Shown in pieces: positions 55,384-64,000 of a stretch of DNA of 64,000 bases (the first letter of the stretch is position 1; the number at the start of each line of letters is the position of its first letter). Where the stretch lies: the NCBI GenBank assembly GCA_964613785.1, contig CAZTJT010000007.1, positions 64,153 to 128,152 of the forward strand, written 5' to 3'. A model generated the notes under the pieces. It saw nothing but the letters and a program-made list of their open reading frames with translations. It had not been told where the DNA came from and made no database searches. Source of the stretch: an uncultured Rikenellaceae bacterium. GTDB taxonomy: Bacteria > Bacteroidota > Bacteroidia > Bacteroidales > VadinHA17. The position numbers were made by a program, and so were the translations under genes.

Positions 55384-56511
55384 ATGTTTGAAATAAGAAG
55401 CAGGGATAAGGATACAAAGGCAAGGACAGGGATTCTCAAAACCTCCCGTGGAGATATTCAGACGCCTGTGTTTATGCCTGTCGGTACTGCCGGGACGGTT
55501 AAGGGTATCCTGCAACAGGATCTTGATGAAGAAATAGGAGCAGAAATAATTCTGGGAAACACATATCATCTTTATCTGAGGCCGGGAACAGAAATCCTTA
55601 AAGCCTGCCGTGGGCTTCATGAGTTCATGGGATGGGGGAGGCCCATTCTTACAGATAGCGGAGGTTATCAGGTTTTTTCCCTTTCCGGAAACAGGAAGCT
55701 TACTGAGGAGGGTGCTATTTTCAGATCACACATAGATGGATCAAAGCATGTTTTTTCTCCTGAAAACACTATAGACATACAGCGGATAATTGGCGCGGAT
55801 ATTATCATGGCTCTTGATGAATGTGCTCCCTTTCCCTGCGATTACCGCTATGCTAAAAAGTCGGTTGAGCTTACTCATAAATGGCTCGACAGAGCTGTTT
55901 TAAGATATGCTCAGACAGAACCATTATGGGGAACCGGCCAGCTTCTTTTCCCCATTGTTCAGGGAAGCGTTTTTGACGACCTTAGGAAAATTTCAGCTGA
56001 AAAGATTGCATCAGCCTCTCTCCCCGGTAATGCTATCGGCGGACTTTCAGTGGGGGAACCGGCTGAGGAGATGTACAGAATCATAGAAATAGTAAACGAG
56101 ATACTGCCGGAAGATAAACCACGCTATCTTATGGGGGTGGGAACACCGGTTAACATCCTTGAGGCTATTGAAAGGGGAATAGATATGTTTGACTGCGTGA
56201 TGCCTACTCGTAATGGAAGGAACGGAATGCTGTTTACCGGAGAGGGTGTAATCAATATCAGGAACCGTAAGTGGATAGATGATTTCAGCCCTATCGACAG
56301 TAACGGACCAAGCCGTATCAGCCGGCATTATTCAAAAGCATATCTTCGTCATCTGATTATTTCTGGAGAGATACTTGGTGCACAGATCGCCAGCATACAT
56401 AATCTCGCCTTCTATATTACCATGGTAAAGGAGGCAAGGAAGAAGATTGAGGAAGGCAGTTTCAGAAAATGGAAGGACACAATGATAAAAAAGCTTTCGG
56501 CGCGATTGTAG
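55384..56511 (+). CDS. tgt: tRNA-guanosine(34) transglycosylase
   Basis: Start moved to ATG 55384. MFEIRSRDKDTKARTGILKTSRGDIQTPVFMPVGTAGTVKG matches the canonical Tgt N-terminus. The track ORF begins 123 nt upstream. DSGGYQV holds the catalytic Asp, and zinc-site residues are present. Confidence 0.9.
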   Translation: MFEIRSRDKDTKARTGILKTSRGDIQTPVFMPVGTAGTVKGILQQDLDEEIGAEIILGNTYHLYLRPGTEILKACRGLHEFMGWGRPILTDSGGYQVFSLSGNRKLTEEGAIFRSHIDGSKHVFSPENTIDIQRIIGADIIMALDECAPFPCDYRYAKKSVELTHKWLDRAVLRYAQTEPLWGTGQLLFPIVQGSVFDDLRKISAEKIASASLPGNAIGGLSVGEPAEEMYRIIEIVNEILPEDKPRYLMGVGTPVNILEAIERGIDMFDCVMPTRNGRNGMLFTGEGVINIRNRKWIDDFSPIDSNGPSRISRHYSKAYLRHLIISGEILGAQIASIHNLAFYITMVKEARKKIEEGSFRKWKDTMIKKLSARL

Positions 56512-57605
56512 AATACTTAAGATTAAGGATCATCGACCGCTATATCATCAGGAAATTCCTGGGGACCTTCCTCTTTTGCCTTTGCCTGATCATTACCATA
56601 GCAGTTGTGTTTGACTTCGCCGAGAAGATCGACAACTTCATGGAAAGGGAAGCTCCGGCCCGAGCCATAATCTTTGACTATTATCTTAATTATATTCCAT
56701 ATTTCTCCACCCTGTTCTCACCTCTTTTTGTATTTATAGCGGTCATTTTTTTCACTTCAAAAATGGCCGCAAATACTGAAATAATTGCTATCCTGAACAG
56801 TGGTATGAGCTTCAGGCGGATGATGTATCCATATTTCCTCTCATCTTTCGTCATTGCGGTTTTCATTTTCCTCCTTACCAATTTTGTAATCCCACAGGCA
56901 AATTCAAAGCGAATGGTATTCGAAGACAGATATTACCGTTCTTCTGCACGCAGAATGCCTGTCATGAATATTCACAGGCAGGTGTTCAGGAATGTTTATA
57001 TATACCTTGAGTCGTTCAACCCGATAAGCCTGACAGGCCGTAACTTTACAATTGAGCAGTTTGATGATTCGGGCAGGCTCATGTCAAAGCTGAACGGGAA
57101 TATGGTCAGGTATGACACTGCATCAAACAAATGGAGTGTAATGACCTATTATATCAGAAACATTGACGGGAATGAGGAAACAATACTTAAAGGTGAAAAA
57201 ATTGATACTGCTCTGACGATAAAACCAAATGATTTTTCAAGGGTGCCGGGCTTTGAAGGAACGATGACCTACAAAGAGCTTAATGATTATATCGACCTGC
57301 TGCAACTTCAGGGATCAGATGAGCTAAAGGTATTCCTGATAGAGAAACACAAAAGGATTGCAAACCCTTTTGCCGTTTTCATTTTAACTCTGATCGGGGT
57401 TTCCCTCTCATCGCGCAAAGTGAGGGGAGGGATTGGAATGAACATTGGGATTGGCCTCGGATTAAGTTTTTCGTATATTCTTTTCATGCAGTTTGCATCA
57501 CAGTTCTCATTAAAAGGAAACCTTGATCCCATGCTTGCAATGTGGATACCGAATATTTTATATGCTGGTGTTGCTTATTTCCTTTACAGGATAGCTCCCA
57601 AGTGA
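56469..57605 (+). CDS. LptF/LptG-family (YjgP/YjgQ) permease
   Basis: 378-aa ORF. IIDRYIIRKFLGTFLF is a typical N-terminal block, and there are six TM segments. The only in-frame ATG overlaps the tgt 3' end by 43 nt, so the start is uncertain. Confidence 0.75.
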   Translation: MEGHNDKKAFGAIVEYLRLRIIDRYIIRKFLGTFLFCLCLIITIAVVFDFAEKIDNFMEREAPARAIIFDYYLNYIPYFSTLFSPLFVFIAVIFFTSKMAANTEIIAILNSGMSFRRMMYPYFLSSFVIAVFIFLLTNFVIPQANSKRMVFEDRYYRSSARRMPVMNIHRQVFRNVYIYLESFNPISLTGRNFTIEQFDDSGRLMSKLNGNMVRYDTASNKWSVMTYYIRNIDGNEETILKGEKIDTALTIKPNDFSRVPGFEGTMTYKELNDYIDLLQLQGSDELKVFLIEKHKRIANPFAVFILTLIGVSLSSRKVRGGIGMNIGIGLGLSFSYILFMQFASQFSLKGNLDPMLAMWIPNILYAGVAYFLYRIAPK

Positions 57606-57793
57606 TGATGGCTTTGGCTTTGTGTTAATGATTGATATTGTGTGTCTTAATATTGATAACGGATAAGATTTCAACGGGTGGCCGGAATTATATGGTGATT
57701 CATCATAAGAAATCTGAAGGCAACCTGTTATTATTGTACCTTGTTTTCAGATGCCGGGATTGATTGACGGCATTAAATCAAAACTCAGATTAT

Positions 57794-59338
57794 ATGGCAG
57801 TAGAAAAGAAAATCAGGGAGCTCCAGGAGAAACGCAAAAAGGTGCTCCTTGGCGGAGGCGAACAGGCCATTGAGAAGCAGAAAGCCTTGGGAAAACGAAC
57901 TGCACGGGAGAGGATTATGGCCCTTCTCGACAAAAATTCGTTTAATGAATATGATCTGTTCGTGGAGCATGATGCACGCGATTTTGATATGGGTAATAAA
58001 TCTCTTCCAAGTGATGGGGTGATAATAGGATCAGGAACCATCTACGGGGCTCCTGTTGCTATTTTTGCCCAGGATTTCACCGTTGCCGGAGGATCACTTG
58101 GACTGATGCATTCGCGCAAGATAACCAAGATCATGGATCATGCCCTGAAGATGAGAATGCCACTTATAGGTATCAACGACTCGGGTGGTGCCAGAATTCA
58201 GGAAGGAGTCAACTCTCTTGCAGGATATGGTGAAATATTTTTCCGTAATACAATCTCAAGCGGAGTCATACCCCAGATATCTGTTATTCTTGGACCATGT
58301 GCAGGCGGGGCTGTGTATTCTCCCGCTCTGACTGATTTCGTTTTTGTCGTCGATAACATTTCCAAGATGTTCATCACCGGACCGGAAGTAATTAAAACGG
58401 TCCTGGGTGAGGAGATCTCGATGGAAGAACTTGGAGGAGCCAGGGTCCATAGTGAGATTACCGGCAATGCACATTTTTTTGCCAGAAATGAAGATGAATG
58501 TTTCGACCAGATAAAAAAACTAATAACCTTCATCCCCTGGAACAACAGCAGAAAAGCGAAAGTCTTTGAACCTTATGAACCCCTTGGTGAATACAGCCTT
58601 GAAAAAATTGTACCTGATGACCCTACTCTTCCATACGATGTTAAGGATGTGATCAGGGCAATCGTCGACAAATCCGATTTCTTTGAAATCATGGAACATT
58701 ATGCAAAGAACATTGTGATAGGTTTTGGGCGGATGGGCGGACGCACAACCGGATTTGTGGCAAATCAGCCTCTTGAAATGGCAGGTGTTCTCGATGTTGA
58801 TTCATCCGACAAGGCTGCAAGGTTTATTCGCTATTGTGACGCATTCAATATACCAATTATTACTCTGGTTGACCTTCCTGGATATCTTCCCGGGGTCGAC
58901 CAGGAACACGCAGGTGTAATAAGGCATGGAGCAAAAGTACTATATGCATACAGTGAGGCAACAGTACCCAAGCTGACAGTTATAATCAGGAAAGCTTACG
59001 GAGGTGGATATATTGCCATGGGTTCACGACATCTCAGGGCTGATTTCGTATTCGCCTGGCCTACGGCGGAAATTGCCGTAATGGGCCCCGAAGGTGCTGC
59101 AAATATAATCTTCAGGAAAGAGATTATGTCGTCAGATGATCCTGACCGTACAAGAAAACAAAAAGTAGAAGAATATAAAGCAAAGTTTGCCAATCCTTAT
59201 GTGGCTGCTTCGAGAGGGTACATTGATGCTGTAATCGAACCATCAGAAACAAGAAGATTCCTTATGCATGCAATTCAGGTCTCTGAGAACAAGGTTATTA
59301 CACTTCCCGATAAAAAGCATGGACTGCCTCCATTTTAA
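57794..59338 (+). CDS. Acyl-CoA carboxylase carboxyltransferase subunit (propionyl-CoA carboxylase beta / methylmalonyl-CoA decarboxylase alpha family)
   Basis: Start moved to ATG 57794 (MAVEKKIRELQ). Full-length carboxyltransferase pattern, including GGARIQEG and AYGGGYIAMG. Confidence 0.9.
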   Translation: MAVEKKIRELQEKRKKVLLGGGEQAIEKQKALGKRTARERIMALLDKNSFNEYDLFVEHDARDFDMGNKSLPSDGVIIGSGTIYGAPVAIFAQDFTVAGGSLGLMHSRKITKIMDHALKMRMPLIGINDSGGARIQEGVNSLAGYGEIFFRNTISSGVIPQISVILGPCAGGAVYSPALTDFVFVVDNISKMFITGPEVIKTVLGEEISMEELGGARVHSEITGNAHFFARNEDECFDQIKKLITFIPWNNSRKAKVFEPYEPLGEYSLEKIVPDDPTLPYDVKDVIRAIVDKSDFFEIMEHYAKNIVIGFGRMGGRTTGFVANQPLEMAGVLDVDSSDKAARFIRYCDAFNIPIITLVDLPGYLPGVDQEHAGVIRHGAKVLYAYSEATVPKLTVIIRKAYGGGYIAMGSRHLRADFVFAWPTAEIAVMGPEGAANIIFRKEIMSSDDPDRTRKQKVEEYKAKFANPYVAASRGYIDAVIEPSETRRFLMHAIQVSENKVITLPDKKHGLPPF

Positions 59339-59368
59339 AAAAATTATGTTTATCATTTTAAATATCCT

Positions 59369-59686
59369 ATGGATACACACGATAGCATGGGAATGCTTAA
59401 TATTAACTCAACCAGATATCAGACAAGGCTTAGTTCAAGGTTCCTTAACAGGAAACCTTATAAGCCTTCAGATCCTAAATTGATATCGAGCTTCATTCCG
59501 GGGACCATACTTGATATACTTGTCAGGCAGGGTCAGAAAGTACAGAAAGGGGATGAACTTCTGATACTTGAAGCCATGAAGATGCAGAATAAGATTAAAT
59601 GCCCGGCTGATGGTCAGATAAAGAAGATATCGGTAAAGAAGGGAGAAAAAGTGTCAAAAGGTTCAATTCTTATTGAACTGAAATAA
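59369..59686 (+). CDS. Biotin carboxyl carrier (biotinyl-domain) protein
   Basis: 105-aa ORF with the EAMKMQN biotinylation motif, directly downstream of the carboxyltransferase gene. Confidence 0.85.
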   Translation: MDTHDSMGMLNINSTRYQTRLSSRFLNRKPYKPSDPKLISSFIPGTILDILVRQGQKVQKGDELLILEAMKMQNKIKCPADGQIKKISVKKGEKVSKGSILIELK

Positions 59687-59764
59687 TCCGGTATATTCTT
59701 CTCTTTTAATCAATTAATCAATGCAGTAAGGGATGGTCTGACAGATCAGTATCGCCATCCGGGT

Positions 59765-60583
59765 CTATAAGACTCCATTATAAATCACATAATCCTTAAG
59801 TATTTCTGGAATAACAGGTTTGTCGGTAAAAATGCCGTAAACTGTTGATCCGCTTCCCGACATTGAGCTGTAAAGTGCGCCATTATTATACAATACTCTT
59901 TTAATTATTCCAATCTGTGGGTACTTCTCAAAAACTGTATTCTCAAAGTCGTTGATTATATGGAATTTCCATTCTGCAACAGGATAATGGATAAGTTTTG
60001 CGAGGCTTACTCCGGGTGCAGAGGGGATACAGTTCATATACGCCTCTTTTGTGCTGACCCGTATGCCGGGATTTACAAGCAGAATATGAAGGCCTTCAAG
60101 CACTGGATCTACTTGTTGCAGTTTTTCTCCTCTACCTGTTGCATAGGCAGGCAGGCAGTCGATAAAAAACGGACAGTCACTCCCCAGTTCTAGGGCAATG
60201 GTTTTTAGTTCCTGCGAGCTTAACGCCAGTTCGAATATTCTGTTCATTGCCTTAAGTGCATGGGCCGCATCCGATGATCCTCCTCCAAGTCCTGCACCGG
60301 CAGGGATCAGCTTGTGAAGATGGATTCTAAGGGGCGGGAGCTTGTATAACTCATTAAGTTTCTCGACTGCTCTGATTACCAAATTCTTATTCTGTTTGCA
60401 GTCAATACTGATGCCGGTAATTGTAAAATCATTCCTCTCCTGACTGTCACCATTTATTGCCAGTTCAAGGATATCACATAGGCCAACCGGATAAAAAACA
60501 GTTTCAATTTCATGAAAACCATCAGGTCTCCGGGCCGTAATCCTTAATCCCAGGTTAATTTTTGCTTTTGGAAAAATGACCAT
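59765..60583 (-). CDS. ispE: 4-diphosphocytidyl-2-C-methyl-D-erythritol kinase
   Basis: 272-aa ORF. KINLGLRI, the GHMP-kinase motif IPAGAGLGGGSSDAA, and MSGSGSTVYGIF. Confidence 0.9.
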   Translation of the reverse strand: MVIFPKAKINLGLRITARRPDGFHEIETVFYPVGLCDILELAINGDSQERNDFTITGISIDCKQNKNLVIRAVEKLNELYKLPPLRIHLHKLIPAGAGLGGGSSDAAHALKAMNRIFELALSSQELKTIALELGSDCPFFIDCLPAYATGRGEKLQQVDPVLEGLHILLVNPGIRVSTKEAYMNCIPSAPGVSLAKLIHYPVAEWKFHIINDFENTVFEKYPQIGIIKRVLYNNGALYSSMSGSGSTVYGIFTDKPVIPEILKDYVIYNGVL

Positions 60584-60599
60584 TTCAGGATATTTACTA

Positions 60600-60607
60600 C
60601 AAAAATA
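60600..60607 (-). promoter_or_regulatory. Candidate -7 box TATTTTTG for ispE
   Basis: The reverse complement of CAAAAATA matches TAnnTTTG, 17 nt upstream of the ispE ATG. Confidence 0.4.
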
Positions 60608-60618
60608 TCATATGATAT
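60605..60618. promoter_or_regulatory. 14-bp perfect palindrome ATATCATATGATAT in the ispE/dnaB divergent region
   Basis: Read directly. It abuts the candidate ispE -7 box. It is AT-rich, so chance occurrence is plausible. Confidence 0.25.
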
Positions 60619-60723
60619 GGAATATTGCTTATAACCTGAATTTTTTTGCTTTTCAACAAGTTTTTAACAGAAAAATGTTTGTAAGAAAAAATCATTCAAA
60701 GGGTAATTGAATATTGTAATTTC

Positions 60724-60731
60724 TACCTTTG
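60724..60731 (+). promoter_or_regulatory. Candidate -7 box TACCTTTG for dnaB
   Basis: Matches TAnnTTTG, 64 nt upstream of ATG 60795. The track's TTG start at 60729 falls inside this box. Confidence 0.35.
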
Positions 60732-60794
60732 GACTACCTGAAAGCAACTTTTCCGGGGCTATCCAAGTATTTGTTAATCAGCAGTATATTTACA

Positions 60795-62321
60795 ATGGCA
60801 AAACAAAAAACCGTTCCCAGGCCTGTAGTTACCTCTCTGCCCGATTTTGGGCGGGTACCTCCACAGGCCATTGATATGGAGGAAGCGGTTCTCGGTGCTA
60901 TCATGCTTGAAAAGGAGGCCGTTATAACGATACTTGATATTCTGAAACCTGAGAGTTTTTACAAGGAAGCACACCAGAAAATCTTTAAAGCTGTTTCTGA
61001 TCTGTCGATGAGGGAATATCCTGTTGATCTGTACACAGTGACTGAAGAATTAAGGGCTACAAATGAGCTGGAAAATGTCGGAGGACCTGTATATCTCACT
61101 CAGCTCACATCGAAGGTAGTATCGGCTGCACATGTTGATTTTCATGCAAGGATCGTTGCACAGAAATATATTCAGCGCGAACTTATACGGGTCTCGACAG
61201 AGATTCAGGCACGCTCATTTGATGATTCCTATGATGTAACTGACCTTCTTGACTTTTCAGAAAATGCACTTTTTCAGATCGCCGAGGGAAATATTAAGCG
61301 CGAAGTATCACCTATCAACATGGTGATAAAAGAGGCAATAAGGGAGATAGAGGAAGCAGGGAAAAGAGAGGATGCTCTTGTAGGAATACCCTCAGGATTT
61401 ACAAAGCTAGACAGGCTCACCTCCGGATGGCAGAAATCGGAACTTATCATTATTGCAGCCCGGCCGTCGATGGGAAAAACTGCATTTGCCCTGTCAATGG
61501 CAAGGAACATGGCAATCGATCATGGCAAAAAAGTGGCAATATTCTCCTGTGAGATGTCATCTATTCAGCTGGTCAACAGGCTGATAATTGCTGAAACTGA
61601 CATTCCTGGAGAGAAGATAAAGAACGGACGTCTTTCTGAAGAAGAATGGAAACAGCTGGATACCAGGATAAAAAAGCTCGTTCAAGCTCCGATCTTCATT
61701 GATGACACTCCGGCCATCTCAATATTCGAGCTGAGGGCAAAATGCCGCAGGCTTATGGCTCAGCAGAAACTTGATATAGTGATAGTGGATTACCTTCAGC
61801 TCATGTCGGGTCCGGATAATGCAGGAAGCCGTGAACAGGAGGTAAGTAACATTTCAAGATCTCTGAAGAGCATAGCAAAAGAGCTTAATGTGCCTATACT
61901 CGCCCTTTCCCAGCTAAATCGTTCGGTTGAAATGAGAGGAGGCACAAAACGTCCACTTCTCTCTGACCTGCGCGAGTCAGGTGCAATTGAACAAGATGCA
62001 GATATGGTCGTCTTTATTCACCGACAGGAGAAGTTTGGCATACCAACATTTGAAGATGGTTCTTCTACCAAAGGTATAGCCGAGATTATACTGGCCAAAA
62101 ACAGAAATGGGCCGGTAGATGATGTCAGACTCAGGTTCCGTGAGGAGAGAGCTCAGTTTGTTGATATTGAAGAGTTTGAAACGGACATTATTACAGATAT
62201 TAGAGAAGGTTCGCAAAGCTTTATTATCGGATCAAAAATGAATCACGACATTAATCTTAAGCGTCCCGTTAATGACTTTGACCATGAAACTGATCTGATG
62301 AATGAACCTCCATTCATGTAA
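60795..62321 (+). CDS. dnaB: Replicative DNA helicase
   Basis: Start moved to ATG 60795 (MAKQKTVPRP). PPQAIDMEEAVLGAIML is the DnaB N-terminal block. Walker A is ARPSMGKTAFAL. It also has SQLNRSVE and RESGAIEQDAD. Normal length, with no intein. Confidence 0.9.
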   Translation: MAKQKTVPRPVVTSLPDFGRVPPQAIDMEEAVLGAIMLEKEAVITILDILKPESFYKEAHQKIFKAVSDLSMREYPVDLYTVTEELRATNELENVGGPVYLTQLTSKVVSAAHVDFHARIVAQKYIQRELIRVSTEIQARSFDDSYDVTDLLDFSENALFQIAEGNIKREVSPINMVIKEAIREIEEAGKREDALVGIPSGFTKLDRLTSGWQKSELIIIAARPSMGKTAFALSMARNMAIDHGKKVAIFSCEMSSIQLVNRLIIAETDIPGEKIKNGRLSEEEWKQLDTRIKKLVQAPIFIDDTPAISIFELRAKCRRLMAQQKLDIVIVDYLQLMSGPDNAGSREQEVSNISRSLKSIAKELNVPILALSQLNRSVEMRGGTKRPLLSDLRESGAIEQDADMVVFIHRQEKFGIPTFEDGSSTKGIAEIILAKNRNGPVDDVRLRFREERAQFVDIEEFETDIITDIREGSQSFIIGSKMNHDINLKRPVNDFDHETDLMNEPPFM

Positions 62322-62516
62322 GAAAATATAGTACAAAATCAGTTAGTGACTGTCTCAAAATCCTTTGATTCGCTTCTTTAATCCCTGGTCAGGTCTTCTT
62401 GCTTACTCTTAAAAGCTCTGAGGTTCTGTGGTTTAGGTTTATCCAATAAAGATGCCTGAAAGTTATCGGGGAGAAAAGGAACCCGGAGGAATTCTAAGCC
62501 TGCTATTTAAATCTGC

Positions 62517-64000
62517 TCAGTTGAAACGAAGGGATATTTTTATTCCCGTAAACTTGTATATGAGATCATCGAATCCTACGTATACACCCACTTCAGCAAG
62601 CAGTAATATTTCGCTCAAACTGTACCCTATTTCAGTATAACAATTTTTGTAACGTGATCCCAGAAAGGAGAAAACAAGGTTTTCCCGAACCAGGGTCCTG
62701 TTCAGTCCCGGCAGGTATTTGAAAAGAAGATATGGTGAAGTATATTTCAGATGTGCTTCGGTGAAAAATTCAGGGGTACTCAGGGTATAGTACCTGGGAA
62801 CCATAAAAGCGTCATCCTGATTGTATATCAGAAGCGGAAATGTCTGATTGTTAAAATGGAAGAAATCAAAGAATGAAATTCCCCTGTTGTCGGTGTATCC
62901 TCCTGTCCGGATCATCCATTTAAGTTCCCTGAATGCTCCGGGGTCAAGCTTCTGTGATACTTCAAATCTCAGCATATCAAAATGTGCATAACTGTCACCA
63001 GCGTTAGAATCCGTGTTCATCAGGTGTTTCCAGTAAAACCTGAATGTGGGCCATCGGGAGCCTTCCGGTATTTTGTTGCCATTATTAATCCTGTATCTCT
63101 GATAAGGTACTACCGTTAAGTTTGCCGAGAAACTGACCTGATTCTGGTTGTATAAAAGCCTTGGGTAAGTTCCTTCTTCGTCAAGATAACTGTTATCGGG
63201 AACATTGTCGGTATATTCGCGGGAAGATCTGAATATCGTGAAGTCAGTATTGTTCTTAAGTACTCTGCGATCGTCAATACCTGTACTCAACTCAATGTTA
63301 ACGCCGTTCTTCACTTCAAAACTGAAGCCGAGGTTAAGGTAATGGCTGTCATAAAGCTTGAGGTAATTCTTCTTTAACAGCAATGATGTTGCACTATTAA
63401 GCAGAGGGTTTATCCCGCCGCTAGTGCTTATGTCCCTGCTTGTGATTCCCGACTGAAGGAAAATCCTGAGAGGTTTCATCCCTCCCGAATTGATGTTGAT
63501 GTTGGCCCTTCCCATCAGTTTTTCCCGGCTGAATGCATACCTTATTTCGGGATAAAGAGAGAAGCTCCATTTCTTACTGAACTCCCTTGTAATCCTCAAA
63601 TCGGTTCCGATGATGAATCCGTCAACTGTATTGAAGCTGAAGCATCGGGGATTTATGAGGCCACCACCGGAAAAACGCCATCCTTTGCTGTCGGACCAGT
63701 TGTTACCGAAAGCAATATGCTTGAGGTCGTTTACAAGAGAACTCTTTTTATTCTCTATAGCGGGAACAGAAGAGTCTCCAATTGCTTCCCTTAACCTGCC
63801 GGAATTAGTTTTGGTACCCAGAGCTTTAATTTCAGCTTCTGAAAGAGGGATGGGCCTGATCCCGGCCCAAAATGAACTGTCTTTCTTCCCTGCATCTTTT
63901 TCTATTATATATTGCGTCTTTTCTTTTATTTCAAGATTTTTCAGAATGGTGTCCTTCAGACTCTCAGCCGATTCCCTGTTCATCAGGTCGGCGAGTTTTA
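62517..64000 (-). CDS. Partial CDS (C-terminal ~494 codons; 5' end beyond the right edge): outer-membrane beta-barrel protein, DUF5686-like
   Basis: The frame stays open upstream of the track's ATG 63983 to the window end. The sequence is beta-strand rich with terminal strand GIKISLRFN. The family name is from memory only. Confidence 0.55.
   Translation of the reverse strand, partial: KLADLMNRESAESLKDTILKNLEIKEKTQYIIEKDAGKKDSSFWAGIRPIPLSEAEIKALGTKTNSGRLREAIGDSSVPAIENKKSSLVNDLKHIAFGNNWSDSKGWRFSGGGLINPRCFSFNTVDGFIIGTDLRITREFSKKWSFSLYPEIRYAFSREKLMGRANININSGGMKPLRIFLQSGITSRDISTSGGINPLLNSATSLLLKKNYLKLYDSHYLNLGFSFEVKNGVNIELSTGIDDRRVLKNNTDFTIFRSSREYTDNVPDNSYLDEEGTYPRLLYNQNQVSFSANLTVVPYQRYRINNGNKIPEGSRWPTFRFYWKHLMNTDSNAGDSYAHFDMLRFEVSQKLDPGAFRELKWMIRTGGYTDNRGISFFDFFHFNNQTFPLLIYNQDDAFMVPRYYTLSTPEFFTEAHLKYTSPYLLFKYLPGLNRTLVRENLVFSFLGSRYKNCYTEIGYSLSEILLLAEVGVYVGFDDLIYKFTGIKISLRFN

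Noticed and set aside
55261-55439. Long N-terminal extensions making tgt (from 55261) and the divergent GT2 gene (from 55439) overlap by about 180 nt
   Set aside because: The canonical Tgt N-terminus begins at ATG 55384, and GT2 homologues are about 400 aa. The extensions are just open frame in the shared promoter region. The same reasoning moved the starts of dnaB, lacZ, the carboxyltransferase gene, the anSME gene and the dienelactone hydrolase gene.
57794-59686. Incomplete methylmalonyl-CoA decarboxylase sodium pump (only carboxyltransferase and BCCP, no membrane beta subunit)
   Set aside because: I cannot tell a decarboxylase from a carboxylase by eye, and the missing subunits (biotin carboxylase or the membrane subunit) may be encoded elsewhere. 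This is not an anomaly on present evidence.

Overview
This is a chromosomal, mostly core-genome segment that looks Bacteroidota-like. Supporting signs are a T9SS C-terminal sorting domain, many lipoprotein or Tat-exported glycan enzymes, TAnnTTTG-type -7 boxes, and LemA-TPM and PASTA-RluD-Ddl neighbourhoods. I support 46 protein-coding genes. Two run off the window edges, and one edge gene plus rpmH are absent from the supplied ORF track. I recognise no rRNA, tRNA, CRISPR array, transposase, integrase or phage genes. Positions 1-17.4 kb form a glycan-utilisation cluster with no SusC/D pair or regulator in view. It contains a GH9-like lipoprotein, a Tat-exported Gfo/Idh/MocA dehydrogenase, a beta-propeller-phosphoesterase fusion, GH28, a PMI-like cupin protein, a Tat-exported xylose-isomerase-like TIM barrel, an ankyrin lipoprotein, an unknown 737-aa lipoprotein and GH3-PA14. 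The rest is housekeeping (fhs, gcvP, ddl, rluD, rpmH, rsmG, tgt, ispE, dnaB, pcm, thpR, acyl-CoA carboxyltransferase plus BCCP). Interspersed are a GH2 beta-galactosidase, a GKRP-like double-SIS protein and a membrane-anchored TIR-TPR protein. I do not see a convincing multi-gene novel system. The best leads are: (i) a family of intergenic elements built from short words repeated in helical phase and then repeated in inverted form, at six clear loci plus word-variant relatives with 7-, 9- and 12-bp periods; (ii) the TIR-TM-TPR protein, which keeps the catalytic-Glu position; (iii) a candidate periplasmic oxidative (3-keto) glycoside-cleavage module; (iv) the 671-aa GKRP-like protein. All functional calls come from motif recognition by eye, not from database searches.
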